DNA of 64,000 nucleotides from a virus (Duplodnaviria; Caudoviricetes): IMG/VR virus record IMGVR_UViG_3300032270_001200, positions 1 to 64,000 of that record; one strand, 5' to 3'. Shown piece by piece: positions 9,600 to 19,183 of this stretch (position 1 is its first letter; each line of letters starts with the position of its first letter). The notes under the pieces were generated by a model. It saw only the letters and a program-made list of their open reading frames with translations, ran no database searches and was not told where the DNA came from. The position numbers and the translations under genes were made by a program.

Positions 9600-11594
9600 A
9601 TGGCCCGCTTAAGAATTGAAACCGCACCTGAGATTACCGTATACGACGAATCTTTTGTGATTAAAGCAGCTGCTGGGGCAAGTGCTCCGTTAGCAGAATT
9701 CAAAAACTCATCAGGTACAGTAGTTGGTAATATAGCATCAGATGGTACTTTGAATGTTCTTTCCGTTGTCAGCTCAAATGCAGGCACAACATCAACCTCA
9801 CTTGCCACAAGGGGATATGTAGATTCATTAACAGCAGGAATTAACTGGCATGAAGTTACTAAATTTGCAACAGTTGCAGCATTGCCAACATGCACTTATG
9901 CCAACGGCACAAGTGGAGTAGGGGCAACTCTTACTGGAGATTCAACAGGCAGACTAACCGTTGACGGTTCTCAGGTCACAACTGGTCAAGCAATTCTGGT
10001 AAAGAATCAAGCAAATGCTGTTCATAACGGTATCTACACAGTAACCGAACAAGGTGCTACATCAACAACTGCATTCATTCTCACACGTAGAGCAGACGCA
10101 GATAATAGCTTAGCTGGCACACTAAAAACCGGTGATGCACTTCTAGTTCTTTCTGGATCAGTAAACTCTGGTCAAGGCTTTATTCTTACATCAACTGGTT
10201 CTGGCACTGCTGGCGCATTTGTTCTCGGTACTGATAGCTTAACATACACTCAGTTTACTGGAACAGCGACTTTAGCAGCTGGTGACGGCATGACAAAAAC
10301 TGGAAACCAACTTGATATCGTCACCGCATCAAGTAACAGAATTGTAGTGAATGCAGATAGTATTGATTTAGCAACAGTTAGCCAGACAAATACTTCTGGC
10401 GCAAACACCACTTCATTTATTAGTGGTCATACAGTTGACTCATACGGAAGAATAACTGCTACAGAAACATCTTCAGTTTCTTTTGCTGGTTATGCAACCT
10501 TGGCTAACCCAGCTTTAACTGGAGTGCCTACAGCTCCTACTGCAGCAAACGCAACTAGCAATACTCAATTAGCAACTACCGAGTTTGTTCAAAATGCTGC
10601 AACAATAGCTGTCTCAACTGCCGGCAACAACGCAGTGTTGAAATCACTAATCGATGCTAAGGGTGATCTTGTTGTTGGATCAGCTGACAACACAGTTGCC
10701 CGCTTAGCTGCTGGTACCGATGGTTATTATTTGAAGGCAAACTCTACAGCTACATCTGGTCTTGAATGGGCATCTATCCCAACTATTAATAATCTTGATG
10801 ATATTGGCGACGTAACAATTACAACTGCAACTTCTGGAGATCTCCTAAAGTGGAGTGGTTCAGCTTGGGTTAATGCCGCTGGATATGCACTTTTGGCTTC
10901 TCCAGCACTAACTGGTACACCAACCGCACCAACTGCAACAGCAGCAGCCAATACAACACAAATTGCCACTACAGAATTTGTTACTACAGCCAATGCTTTA
11001 AAGGCTAACTTAGCTAATCCAACATTTACCGGTACCTTAACAGCCAATATTGTAACAATTACGGGAAACCTAACTGTTTCAGGTACCACCACAACTCTTA
11101 ATACAGAGACTTTGACAATCGATGATAATGTTATTATACTAAATAATAACGAAGCAGGAACTCCGTCACAAAATGCTGGCATCGAAGTAGAGCGTGGCAC
11201 ATCAACAAACGTAGCTCTTCGCTGGAATGAAACAACAGACTGTTGGGAATTCACTAATGATGGCACTAACTATCAGAGAATTATTACTGACACAGTCACC
11301 AATGCCCAGACAGCTAGCTATACTTTAGTCTTAGCAGACAGTGGAAAGATGGTTGAAATGGGCGTTGCTTCAGGCAACGCGCTCACAGTGCCATCTAATG
11401 CAAACGTAGCTTTCCCAGTGGGCACAACATTGACAGTTCTTCAGACAGGAGCTGGACAGACTACTCTTACTCCACAGCCTGGAGTAACAGTCAACGGCAC
11501 TCCAGGTCTCAAGTTGCGCACAACTTGGTCATCTGCTACACTTATTAAACGCGCAACCGATACTTGGGTTGCCCTAGGAGATATGGTAGCATAA
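9600..11594 (+). CDS. Tail fibre protein
   Basis: ILVKNQ..A.HNGIY module, SPALTGTPTAPTA...TQIATTEFV repeats and a C-terminal domain shared with ORF 1..1997. Confidence 0.85.
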   Translation: MARLRIETAPEITVYDESFVIKAAAGASAPLAEFKNSSGTVVGNIASDGTLNVLSVVSSNAGTTSTSLATRGYVDSLTAGINWHEVTKFATVAALPTCTYANGTSGVGATLTGDSTGRLTVDGSQVTTGQAILVKNQANAVHNGIYTVTEQGATSTTAFILTRRADADNSLAGTLKTGDALLVLSGSVNSGQGFILTSTGSGTAGAFVLGTDSLTYTQFTGTATLAAGDGMTKTGNQLDIVTASSNRIVVNADSIDLATVSQTNTSGANTTSFISGHTVDSYGRITATETSSVSFAGYATLANPALTGVPTAPTAANATSNTQLATTEFVQNAATIAVSTAGNNAVLKSLIDAKGDLVVGSADNTVARLAAGTDGYYLKANSTATSGLEWASIPTINNLDDIGDVTITTATSGDLLKWSGSAWVNAAGYALLASPALTGTPTAPTATAAANTTQIATTEFVTTANALKANLANPTFTGTLTANIVTITGNLTVSGTTTTLNTETLTIDDNVIILNNNEAGTPSQNAGIEVERGTSTNVALRWNETTDCWEFTNDGTNYQRIITDTVTNAQTASYTLVLADSGKMVEMGVASGNALTVPSNANVAFPVGTTLTVLQTGAGQTTLTPQPGVTVNGTPGLKLRTTWSSATLIKRATDTWVALGDMVA

Positions 11595-11595
11595 T

Positions 11596-12034
11596 ATGGC
11601 AACAGAAGATGGCAAAAAGCAAAATAGAAAAGCCCCTAAGCCTACAGTAACTGCACGGAACTGCAGACTCTGCAGCTAATACCACAATAACAAACGCTGG
11701 TTTTATTGTTGGTACGCCAATAGATACCGCCACAGATAATGCTGCGATATTAAATCAAGTTAAGACTGCACTTACTGATACTGCGGTAACACCTCTGGGT
11801 ACAGCTGTTTCTTACGAAAGACACGCTCCGTTTTTTCCTCCATACTTTCCGCCATATTTCCCACCTTATTTCCCGCCATACTTTCCACCATGGTTCCCAC
11901 CATTCTTCCCACCGTTTTTCCCACCATTCTTTCCACCGTTTTTCCCACCATTCTTTCCACCGTTTTTCCCACCGTTTTTCCCACCATATTTCCCACCATT
12001 CTTCCCACCATTCTTCCCACCAAGATTTAAGTAA
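11596..12034 (+). CDS. PASTA-like protein with a 16x FPPx tail; needs a +1 shift at CGG 11656 (about 145 aa)
   Basis: Absent from the ORF track. From ATG 11596 the 0-frame stops at 11677, and the +1 frame is open 11651-12034 with no ATG. The joined product aligns with 2874..3486. Confidence 0.78.
11656..11659 (+). other. Candidate +1 recoding site GCA-CGG-A
   Basis: In-frame CGG at codon 21. The shift window is 11651-11676, bounded by TAA 11648 (+1 frame) and TAA 11677 (0 frame). Confidence 0.78.
11834..12025 (+). repeat. 12-bp coding tandem repeat, 16 units of F-P-P-(Y/F/W/R)
   Basis: ttY ccN ccN xxx units with synonymous variation. Confidence 0.92.
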
Positions 12035-12060
12035 AATCTGATCATAGAATAGTTCAAAGA

Positions 12061-12735
12061 ATGATAGCTAATTTGGCGGACATATGGAATCTAATTCCTA
12101 TGTCCGCTTTTTTAGTCTGTTGTTTGATAATAAATTATTTACAAAATAATGAAAAATTTCTTTCAATATTCAGAAAAAACGGATCTATTAATCCAAAAGA
12201 AAGTTATAGTTCTGGTCAATTAATACAAAGCGGGATAAGCTTCATCATTGCAATTGGTTGGATCTATTTAATAATTACAGAGATTAGATTCAATGTTTGG
12301 AGTAATATACCAATCAGAACATTAGGACTAATGTATCTGTCTTCAGATATAATGGCTCTAATAAAGAGCGACAAATTGCTTCAGAAGTCTACAAAGTACC
12401 ATCATTACGGTGCTATAGCTATGGCTATTATGGCACTATGTGTTGACTTTCAGCAGTCAAACATTGGCCAACTTGGAGCATCATATTGTTTCACAGCAGC
12501 AGCAGCATCATCTGTCAACACATATTTGGCCCTAAAGCTTTATTATAATGTAAGCTGGTTAAAGGTAGTAGCCAAGTATAATTATGCAGTTACCTTTACT
12601 GCAAATATGATTTATCATATTTTAAATTGGCAAAAAAACTTACCAGGATATATATATCTTGTAATAATAGTTGGCCCAATATGGGCAGATATAACGCTCT
12701 TAAAATCTTTATTTCGTAAAGAAAAATTACACTAG
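12061..12735 (+). CDS. Multi-pass membrane protein, TLC (TRAM/LAG1/CLN8)-like
   Basis: Several hydrophobic helices; Y..SD...L and STKYHH motifs resemble the TLC His-His signature. Confidence 0.5.
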   Translation: MIANLADIWNLIPMSAFLVCCLIINYLQNNEKFLSIFRKNGSINPKESYSSGQLIQSGISFIIAIGWIYLIITEIRFNVWSNIPIRTLGLMYLSSDIMALIKSDKLLQKSTKYHHYGAIAMAIMALCVDFQQSNIGQLGASYCFTAAAASSVNTYLALKLYYNVSWLKVVAKYNYAVTFTANMIYHILNWQKNLPGYIYLVIIVGPIWADITLLKSLFRKEKLH

Positions 12736-12757
12736 TTTAGTTATTGTATAAAATTTG

Positions 12758-13300
12758 TTAACTAGATATACACCAAAATATACTTGAGCACCAACGATAT
12801 CCGCTCTTTACTTCTTTAACCTGGTGTGGGAATTCATCTTTAGATGGGAAACAAATAAACATTCCAGGTTCTGGCTTAATGAGTAAATCTTGTTTAGGAA
12901 AATATATTTCTCCACCTTCATAATCATCATTATAATAAAAAACTGAACTAATATCTCTAGATGGATATCCAGCTCCAGTTTTAAATCCAACACTTTTATT
13001 TTGAGCAGACCCGTGATCTACGTGAACTGGCATTGAATCTCCAACAATCATCTCAACCACACCACTTAATCCCTCATCATAAACTTTGCAATTAAAAGAA
13101 GTTTCAATAATTTCTTTTAACCTATCATAATATTTACTAAGAATTTCAGGTAAGGTGTAATCATCGTCATTTGCAGTATAGTGTCCAAATGGAGAATATC
13201 CAGTGCTGTCAAATGTGACTGAAGTATTTTTTAAATATAGTGTAATTTGTTCTAGGTCTTTTTGATTTATAATATTTTTAGTGACATGGATCTTATCCAT
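12758..13300 (-). CDS. Prolyl-4-hydroxylase-like 2OG-Fe(II) oxygenase
   Basis: HVD, YYNDDYEGGEIYF and HQVKEVKSGYR. Confidence 0.9.
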   Translation of the reverse strand: MDKIHVTKNIINQKDLEQITLYLKNTSVTFDSTGYSPFGHYTANDDDYTLPEILSKYYDRLKEIIETSFNCKVYDEGLSGVVEMIVGDSMPVHVDHGSAQNKSVGFKTGAGYPSRDISSVFYYNDDYEGGEIYFPKQDLLIKPEPGMFICFPSKDEFPHQVKEVKSGYRWCSSIFWCISS

Positions 13301-13301
13301 T

Positions 13302-13937
13302 TTACTTCAATTCTGTAATAGTATAAAAAGACGGTGTGGTGAATCTTTCTCCACTAATAACCTTTTTGACGCCATGGAGATAATTAATATCTCCAGGGTG
13401 GGCAACCGCTAATCCAGGTTTAGGCTTAACTACAATATCATGTTGAGGATAGTATAATTCCCCACCCTCAAAATCATCATTATAATAAATTAATGAATTA
13501 AGATCATATGTAGGGAAAGGATTTGGCGAACCATCGTTTAGCTGCTTATCTGCATGCGGTTGCTGTTCTAACCCGGGGAACCACCTAATAATAACTGGTG
13601 GTCTAACAGAGACCTCAACTTTAAAAGTATCTTCTAAAAGATATTTCATTTTTAAAATGTATTTGTCTACTAGATTGTAAACATCTAAATTAATTCGCTT
13701 AAGAATATCATAGCTACACTGTCTATTCGACCAGTATGAAGCGTCATAGGTGCAGGTCCCGTCTTCAGCATATTGATTTTCTCCAGCATCCATCCATTCA
13801 TTGATATTAGGCAAAAAGTTTTGTATAGTTTTTAAATCATCTAATTCTACAAAGTTTTCCACAACAATGATATTATCTCTAGATGAGCCAAAATAACCTG
13901 GTTCTATTAAAGACTTATCGTCTGACTGAAAATCCAT
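13302..13937 (-). CDS. Prolyl-4-hydroxylase-like 2OG-Fe(II) oxygenase
   Basis: HAD, YYNDDFEGGELYY and HGVKKVISGER. Start moved to ATG 13937, which has an AAGGAG Shine-Dalgarno. Confidence 0.9.
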   Translation of the reverse strand: MDFQSDDKSLIEPGYFGSSRDNIIVVENFVELDDLKTIQNFLPNINEWMDAGENQYAEDGTCTYDASYWSNRQCSYDILKRINLDVYNLVDKYILKMKYLLEDTFKVEVSVRPPVIIRWFPGLEQQPHADKQLNDGSPNPFPTYDLNSLIYYNDDFEGGELYYPQHDIVVKPKPGLAVAHPGDINYLHGVKKVISGERFTTPSFYTITELK

Positions 13938-13960
13938 ACGCACTCCTTGGCTTTGTTTTG

Positions 13961-13975
13961 TGATATAGTATATCA
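13961..13975. promoter_or_regulatory. Palindromic bidirectional extended -10 element TGATATA-G-TATATCA
   Basis: Reads TGATATAGT on + and TGATATACT on -, between divergent genes 13937(-) and 14010(+). Confidence 0.6.
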
Positions 13976-14009
13976 CTAACAAAACAATCGATCTATAAAA
14001 GGAAAGAAA

Positions 14010-14753
14010 ATGGAATTTTTTCACGTAGGAGCTTGCGCAAATCCGGATGATAACAGAAAGTTTGGTATCTTCCTATACAGAAACGCTATACCAAGAGAGC
14101 TAAATATCCCAGAAAGATTAGAAGCTACTATTGGCAATAGTACCCATGACCTATTCAAATGGTCTGAGGCAATGGTCGGATACAGTGAAAAAATGCCAGA
14201 ATATAGAGATTGTGTAGACTTGAAAATGAGTCCAGCACACTGGCCAATGTTGACTCCAGAATTTGAAGAAGTAAAAAAGTGCTATGAGGATGTTGAAGTA
14301 CATCTAAAAAAATGCCTAACGCATTATGAGTCTCTTTATAACTTTAAAATGGATTATATGGAAGCTATCAACTTTGTTAGATATAATCCAGGTCAACATT
14401 TTGCCGTCCACGCAGATCATGGATTCTCGTATACCTGCACGGTGTCTTCAGTAATTTATCTAAATGATGATTATGAAGGTGGAGAACTGTGGTTCCCTTA
14501 CTTAAATATCAATTTCAAACCACAAGCAGGAGACATCATCCTATTTCCATCAACCTTCATCTACGCACACGCTTCCCTGAAGGTGACAAGTGGAACAAAA
14601 TATTCTGCGGTAACCATGTTTGACTACAATGATAATAATCACAAATACGAAAGCGGGTATACTGCAGCTGGACCTATTACTGATCAAACTGCAGGAATAT
14701 CAAAGGGCACAAATCAGCCTATTTCTTACCCGATGCCAGGAGTATCACAATGA
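14010..14753 (+). CDS. Prolyl-4-hydroxylase-like 2OG-Fe(II) oxygenase
   Basis: HADH, YLNDDYEGGELWF and FPS.FIYAH...VTSGTKY. Confidence 0.9.
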   Translation: MEFFHVGACANPDDNRKFGIFLYRNAIPRELNIPERLEATIGNSTHDLFKWSEAMVGYSEKMPEYRDCVDLKMSPAHWPMLTPEFEEVKKCYEDVEVHLKKCLTHYESLYNFKMDYMEAINFVRYNPGQHFAVHADHGFSYTCTVSSVIYLNDDYEGGELWFPYLNINFKPQAGDIILFPSTFIYAHASLKVTSGTKYSAVTMFDYNDNNHKYESGYTAAGPITDQTAGISKGTNQPISYPMPGVSQ

Positions 14754-15364
14754 TAGAAAGAGATGAGCTTCCAACCCTTCAGACATTTGAAGAATCATTG
14801 TACGACGTGCCTCTAAACTCCATTGATGGAGAGCAGAACATACTGTCTAAATACAAGGGCAAAGTAACCCTGATCACAAACGTAACAGGTGAATGTGCCA
14901 ACTCAGCACAGTATCCAATTATTGAATCCTTATACCATGAGTATAAAGATCAAGGCTTTGAGGTACTAGCAATGCCAAGTACAGATTTCTGTGAACACGC
15001 ATACGGAGAATTTTCAGAAACAAGTGCAACAGCAGAAAACATGCAAGCACACATGCAAAATCACTATAAAACAGATCTACCATACACTGAAATGGTAACT
15101 ATCAAAAAAGATGAAGACTCTGGTTCAGTCCCACATAAGCTTTATGAAATTCTTCAATTTGGTGGTTTTCCAGCGAATGGTGGACCAGTCGAAGGTAACT
15201 TTGAGAAGTTTATTATTTCTAGAGATGGAAAAAAAATGTACAGATTCTGTAACTCGGACCTTTTAGATTTGGCGTTCGACGCTGGAAATAGAAAAACCAA
15301 CTCTAATCAAGCCCTAATAAATGTTAAGGCAGCAATTGAAGTAATGTTAGAAGGATTAGTTTAA
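14750..15364 (+). CDS. Glutathione peroxidase-like (BtuE/Gpx family) protein
   Basis: YKGKVTLITNVTGEC (peroxidatic Cys), GFEVLAMP and NFEKFII. Confidence 0.85.
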   Translation: MIERDELPTLQTFEESLYDVPLNSIDGEQNILSKYKGKVTLITNVTGECANSAQYPIIESLYHEYKDQGFEVLAMPSTDFCEHAYGEFSETSATAENMQAHMQNHYKTDLPYTEMVTIKKDEDSGSVPHKLYEILQFGGFPANGGPVEGNFEKFIISRDGKKMYRFCNSDLLDLAFDAGNRKTNSNQALINVKAAIEVMLEGLV

Positions 15365-15367
15365 TAG

Positions 15368-16072
15368 ATGACAAAAGTTACGTTAACTAAAACGCATCAA
15401 AATCCACCAAACATAGTCCAGTCTAGACTAAAAAGAGATTGGATGGACAACACATATAAGAAACATGCCTACCAATGTTTACCCATGACTACTGCCAATG
15501 TGCATGGATGGGAAGTATTGCTCCCTCATGACGTAGTAGTTCAATGGGATGGTGGAAATACTAATGTAAAAATTCTTAGTGGCGAAGAACATATGGGCAG
15601 AACATTTGCGTATGGCGGAATCATAGGTATGGTTTCTTTTTCTGTTGGCTGGGCATTTGGTACCGAAGAAGGCTATGACACTTGGATCAGCGGTTCTCCA
15701 AACTATATGGTTGATGGAGCATCTCCACTATCTGCAATCATACCTAGTAGTTGGTGGCCAGATGAATTTCAAATGAATTGGGTTATCAATAAAATAGGTG
15801 AACCAGTGACGTTTGCTGAAGGTACACCTTTTATGTTTTTTAATATTTTTAAAAGCGATTTGCTTGAGTCAGTAGAATTTGAAGTAGACAACCTTTGGGA
15901 TAAACCAGACCTTATGAACGCTCGAGCATCCTATGGTAATGCAAAAATGGCAAAGAATAGAGATGAACCTTGGACTTGGATGAAGGGGATCAAAACTGGT
16001 TTAGATGAAAAAGGTGAAAAAATTGGTCCAGCAAATTCTGGTTTATTAAAGTTAAATATTCCATCAATATAG
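15368..16072 (+). CDS. DUF6065-family protein
   Basis: RDWMD...AYQCLPMTTAN.HGW, GSPN, WWP..F.MNW and F.EGTPF. Confidence 0.7.
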   Translation: MTKVTLTKTHQNPPNIVQSRLKRDWMDNTYKKHAYQCLPMTTANVHGWEVLLPHDVVVQWDGGNTNVKILSGEEHMGRTFAYGGIIGMVSFSVGWAFGTEEGYDTWISGSPNYMVDGASPLSAIIPSSWWPDEFQMNWVINKIGEPVTFAEGTPFMFFNIFKSDLLESVEFEVDNLWDKPDLMNARASYGNAKMAKNRDEPWTWMKGIKTGLDEKGEKIGPANSGLLKLNIPSI

Positions 16073-16080
16073 TTACTATA
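16073..16080 (+). promoter_or_regulatory. TTACTATA putative late promoter
   Basis: Recurrent octamer upstream of 16112. Confidence 0.6.
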
Positions 16081-16111
16081 TCCGTATCACATTTCAATAA
16101 AGCGAGGAAAA

Positions 16112-16366
16112 ATGGCATTTTCATCAGTATCAAATCAAGAGAAGTTAATAGCTTTAAATGCAGCAAAGGTTGCATTTGAAAGAGACGTTTACAAAAATCT
16201 TTTTATGTTGGGCATTGACCCAGAAACTTATGTTCTAAGTAGTTTTTCATTTGATGAAAATGCTTCTACTTTAGAAACAGATCCAGATTATGCTCACAAG
16301 AAAAATCTAGATACTATAATCACACGCTTAAATGCAATAAACGCTAAAATAGCAGACCTTTCGTAA
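16112..16366 (+). CDS. Small hypothetical protein (LGIDP family)
   Basis: GAGGA Shine-Dalgarno; shares the LG(I/L)(D/N)P motif with 16376 and 16821. Confidence 0.7.
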   Translation: MAFSSVSNQEKLIALNAAKVAFERDVYKNLFMLGIDPETYVLSSFSFDENASTLETDPDYAHKKNLDTIITRLNAINAKIADLS

Positions 16367-16375
16367 GGGAGCCCC

Positions 16376-16594
16376 ATGCAAAACGTAAGTTCAGAAGAAT
16401 TGCTTTCTGTAAAAAACAAAGCTATTACATATTTAGAAAAATCAGTCTATATGTTAGCTACCCTTTTAGGAATTGACCCAGATGAGTTATCTCCTTCAAT
16501 GCAGAAACCAGCTGGAATTTTAAATTCTGGCCAGGAACTAGCTTTTGAATCTTTAATTAATCAATTTACAATTCTCGAGGGATTAAGGGACTAA
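16376..16594 (+). CDS. Small hypothetical protein (LGIDP family)
   Basis: YLEKSVYMLATLLGIDPD; GGAG Shine-Dalgarno. Confidence 0.7.
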   Translation: MQNVSSEELLSVKNKAITYLEKSVYMLATLLGIDPDELSPSMQKPAGILNSGQELAFESLINQFTILEGLRD

Positions 16595-16600
16595 AAGAAA

Positions 16601-16807
16601 ATGCCAAATTCAGATTTGCCGTCAGACCTAGGTGAAAAAGATTTAATTTCTGAGATAGAAGAAAGTAATAATTACGCAATTTATTCTAAAAGTGATGGCA
16701 CTTTCATGTATAATGATGGTGCACTAATTAAATGCCCAGGACTTGGTTCGCCAATCATCCAGTTAGCACAGAGTAGTCTTCAAGTAGAAGACGAAGATTT
16801 AATATAG
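16601..16807 (+). CDS. Small acidic hypothetical protein
   Basis: 68-aa ORF tightly packed in the operon. Confidence 0.6.
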   Translation: MPNSDLPSDLGEKDLISEIEESNNYAIYSKSDGTFMYNDGALIKCPGLGSPIIQLAQSSLQVEDEDLI

Positions 16808-16820
16808 GAATAGGATTTTT

Positions 16821-17144
16821 ATGGCGCACGATGCTCAAGGAAATTTAAGCTATATAGAAAAACAATTGGCTTACTTCATGCTTCTTGTTGGTTTAAATCC
16901 AGAATCATTAGATTCTATAACAATAGATGAAATACTAACCGCAGCAAGAAACCTATCAAAAATTGCAACTGATAGGAATAATGAAAGTTTACCTACCATT
17001 TCTATTAGCGAAGAACAGGGTGATATTTTTGCCGGCGCACCAGAGGATGTTTTTTTAAAGAACCAAAGAATATTTTTAATTCTAAACATTAGAAGATTTT
17101 GGTATTGGCGTCAACTAGCAATAGGAGCTTTAAGCCGTGGATGA
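16821..17144 (+). CDS. Small hypothetical protein (LGIDP family)
   Basis: YIEKQLAYFMLLVGLNPE; AGGA Shine-Dalgarno. Confidence 0.7.
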   Translation: MAHDAQGNLSYIEKQLAYFMLLVGLNPESLDSITIDEILTAARNLSKIATDRNNESLPTISISEEQGDIFAGAPEDVFLKNQRIFLILNIRRFWYWRQLAIGALSRG

Positions 17145-17844
17145 TAACAGCGAACTTTATTACTCTAGATTAGAAAAATTAGTTAAGTACAAAGCTCTTG
17201 AAATTCAAGAGACACTTGACGCGTCTACAAAGATCAACAATTATCTTCTCACTCTCCCACTAGATAAGAGAAGAGAAGCAGTTGGCAGAGATCTCATGAC
17301 TTGGTTCTTTGAGGTTTTTTCAGCAGAAGATTCCGCATGGAACAGAAGCTTTGTTTCTGAATACACTTCATCATATGTAGAGATGTTGTATCTTGCAGCA
17401 AGACCTACCAAAACATTGATGAGTAATCCAACTTTCAATTACGCAATTGCAAAGCTGATGAATTCCTCAACAGATCTTACATTTATTGATAACTATCACC
17501 TAGACTATATAGAACACTGTCTAGCTGATGATAATGTGTCATGGAATTATGCAACTAAAACAATGCAAGACGTCGAAAACGATGCTCTGGGCAGTTTTGA
17601 TTTTATATTCATAAGTGAATATGATGTGTTCCATGACGTAGCTCTTATTACAAAGTTCTGTAACGCCTTGAATGCTGGTGGCACTATGGTTTTGTCACAC
17701 ACCAATGACGATCTTAGAGCCTATTCAGCCGAAAGTGAATACACTCTTTCATACGAAATGCACCAAGTAATAAAGTCAATATCAGGCCTTAGCGTATATC
17801 ATATCCCTACTGCACCAGGACATACTGTAGTCATTAAGGATTAA
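17137..17844 (+). CDS. SAM-dependent methyltransferase-fold protein, possibly degenerate
   Basis: ARPTKTL, GSFDFIFI and ALNAGGTMVL resemble class I MTase motifs; the glycine-rich motif I is not evident. Confidence 0.5.
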   Translation: MDDNSELYYSRLEKLVKYKALEIQETLDASTKINNYLLTLPLDKRREAVGRDLMTWFFEVFSAEDSAWNRSFVSEYTSSYVEMLYLAARPTKTLMSNPTFNYAIAKLMNSSTDLTFIDNYHLDYIEHCLADDNVSWNYATKTMQDVENDALGSFDFIFISEYDVFHDVALITKFCNALNAGGTMVLSHTNDDLRAYSAESEYTLSYEMHQVIKSISGLSVYHIPTAPGHTVVIKD

Positions 17845-17850
17845 GCTCAA

Positions 17851-18528
17851 ATGATGGTCATTGATGACTGCATAAAAGATAAAAGTCTTTTACTGGAAAT
17901 AGAAAACACGAAAGATTTTTTCCCCACTTCAATGGGCAATGAAGATCGAATAGCGACTGAGCTAAACTCGTATCATTATGAGCAGGCCACCTGCTATGCT
18001 CCGTATATGTTCTGGGATGGTTGGGCTAAATCACCCGCAAACACACCAAGAAAAAAGCTAATTCAAGCTATCTGGGAAAATAATTTACCATTTCCTATTG
18101 AAGAATTATGTGGCTTTGAATACTGGACAAGAACTTTCAACCCAGGTCAGTATTTAGATACTCACGTAGATGAGGACACATTCCTCTATGCTTCGAGCAA
18201 AATATTTAAAGGTCCTATTATTGGATGTGTTTATTATCCACATATAAATGATGTTGTTGGTGGTTTTCTTGAACTGCATCCAATTGCCATAGAGGAGGGA
18301 AAGCTAAAAGCTCTTGAGGCAGAAAATATGGATCATTTAATTGTCCCCATAGAAGAAAGAGAAAGAATAGCTTGTAAGCCAAATAGAGCTGTAATCTTCG
18401 ATGCTGGTCATATAATACACAATACAACTCCACCTATTTCCGGACAAAGAAGAGTCGTGGTAATTAATGTTTGGCACAAGGATTCGCCACCTTCTGGCCT
18501 AGCAACTGGTGAATTCTACTATGAGTGA
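17851..18528 (+). CDS. 2OG-Fe(II) oxygenase
   Basis: EYW, HVDED, GGFL and PNRAVIFD...H...R. Confidence 0.8.
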   Translation: MMVIDDCIKDKSLLLEIENTKDFFPTSMGNEDRIATELNSYHYEQATCYAPYMFWDGWAKSPANTPRKKLIQAIWENNLPFPIEELCGFEYWTRTFNPGQYLDTHVDEDTFLYASSKIFKGPIIGCVYYPHINDVVGGFLELHPIAIEEGKLKALEAENMDHLIVPIEERERIACKPNRAVIFDAGHIIHNTTPPISGQRRVVVINVWHKDSPPSGLATGEFYYE

Positions 18529-19159
18529 AATAATTAATCTTTATAAATTAGACATGTATAAAACTTATTTAAAAGAAATTGATAATGGTAAACTTTTTAA
18601 AGAAATGCAAGATCGTAGTAATACTTCAAATCCATTAAATAGCCCAGGAAATGGAGTTGCAAATCCAAAAAATCCAAATCCAACTCATACATTCTATGAA
18701 GATCATCTTTATCCATTTGGTCAACCAGAAGCAATGAAGCTATTAAAGGAAATGACTAAGCAGGTTAATTTTTTCACAAATTCAGATATGGTAATAGACT
18801 CAGTTTGGTATTTAATTTTAGAACAATATGAATCCGTTTTATTCCATAGCCATAAGGTAAATACCCAGCTATATCCAGAGGAGTATTATTCGGTATCTTA
18901 TTACGTAAGTGCACCGGAAAATAGTGCGGATATAATATTTGAAACAACACATTGCAATACAATAGAAAGAGCAACTTCAATAGAAACTGAAACAGGGATG
19001 CTTTTAATATTTAATTCATTTATTCCCCACATGACAAATAGGAATTATTCAAAAGAAAAAAGAGTAGTTGTTAGTGCTAATTACCATCCAAGACATCCAA
19101 AGCAAAAACCAAGTGCAAATTGGTCAGAATACGCAGTGCCAGAAGAGTATAAATCATAG
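18521..19159 (+). CDS. 2OG-Fe(II) oxygenase (TIGR02466-like)
   Basis: W...HSH, SVSYYV and GMLLIFNSFIPH...N...RVVVSAN; start at ATG 18521. Confidence 0.8.
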   Translation: MSEIINLYKLDMYKTYLKEIDNGKLFKEMQDRSNTSNPLNSPGNGVANPKNPNPTHTFYEDHLYPFGQPEAMKLLKEMTKQVNFFTNSDMVIDSVWYLILEQYESVLFHSHKVNTQLYPEEYYSVSYYVSAPENSADIIFETTHCNTIERATSIETETGMLLIFNSFIPHMTNRNYSKEKRVVVSANYHPRHPKQKPSANWSEYAVPEEYKS

Positions 19160-19168
19160 ACTTTGTTG

Positions 19169-19177
19169 TGGTATAAT
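19169..19177 (+). promoter_or_regulatory. Extended -10 promoter (TGGTATAAT), leaderless
   Basis: ATG 19184 lies 6 nt downstream and has no Shine-Dalgarno. Confidence 0.65.
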
Positions 19178-19183
19178 TATTCC

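Noticed and set aside
11772-12057. Minus-strand ORFs with (MVGK)n and (GGKN)n repeats; possible CRISPR-like array
   Set aside because: They are antisense shadows of the + strand FPPx coding repeat. The 12-bp period has no unique spacers.
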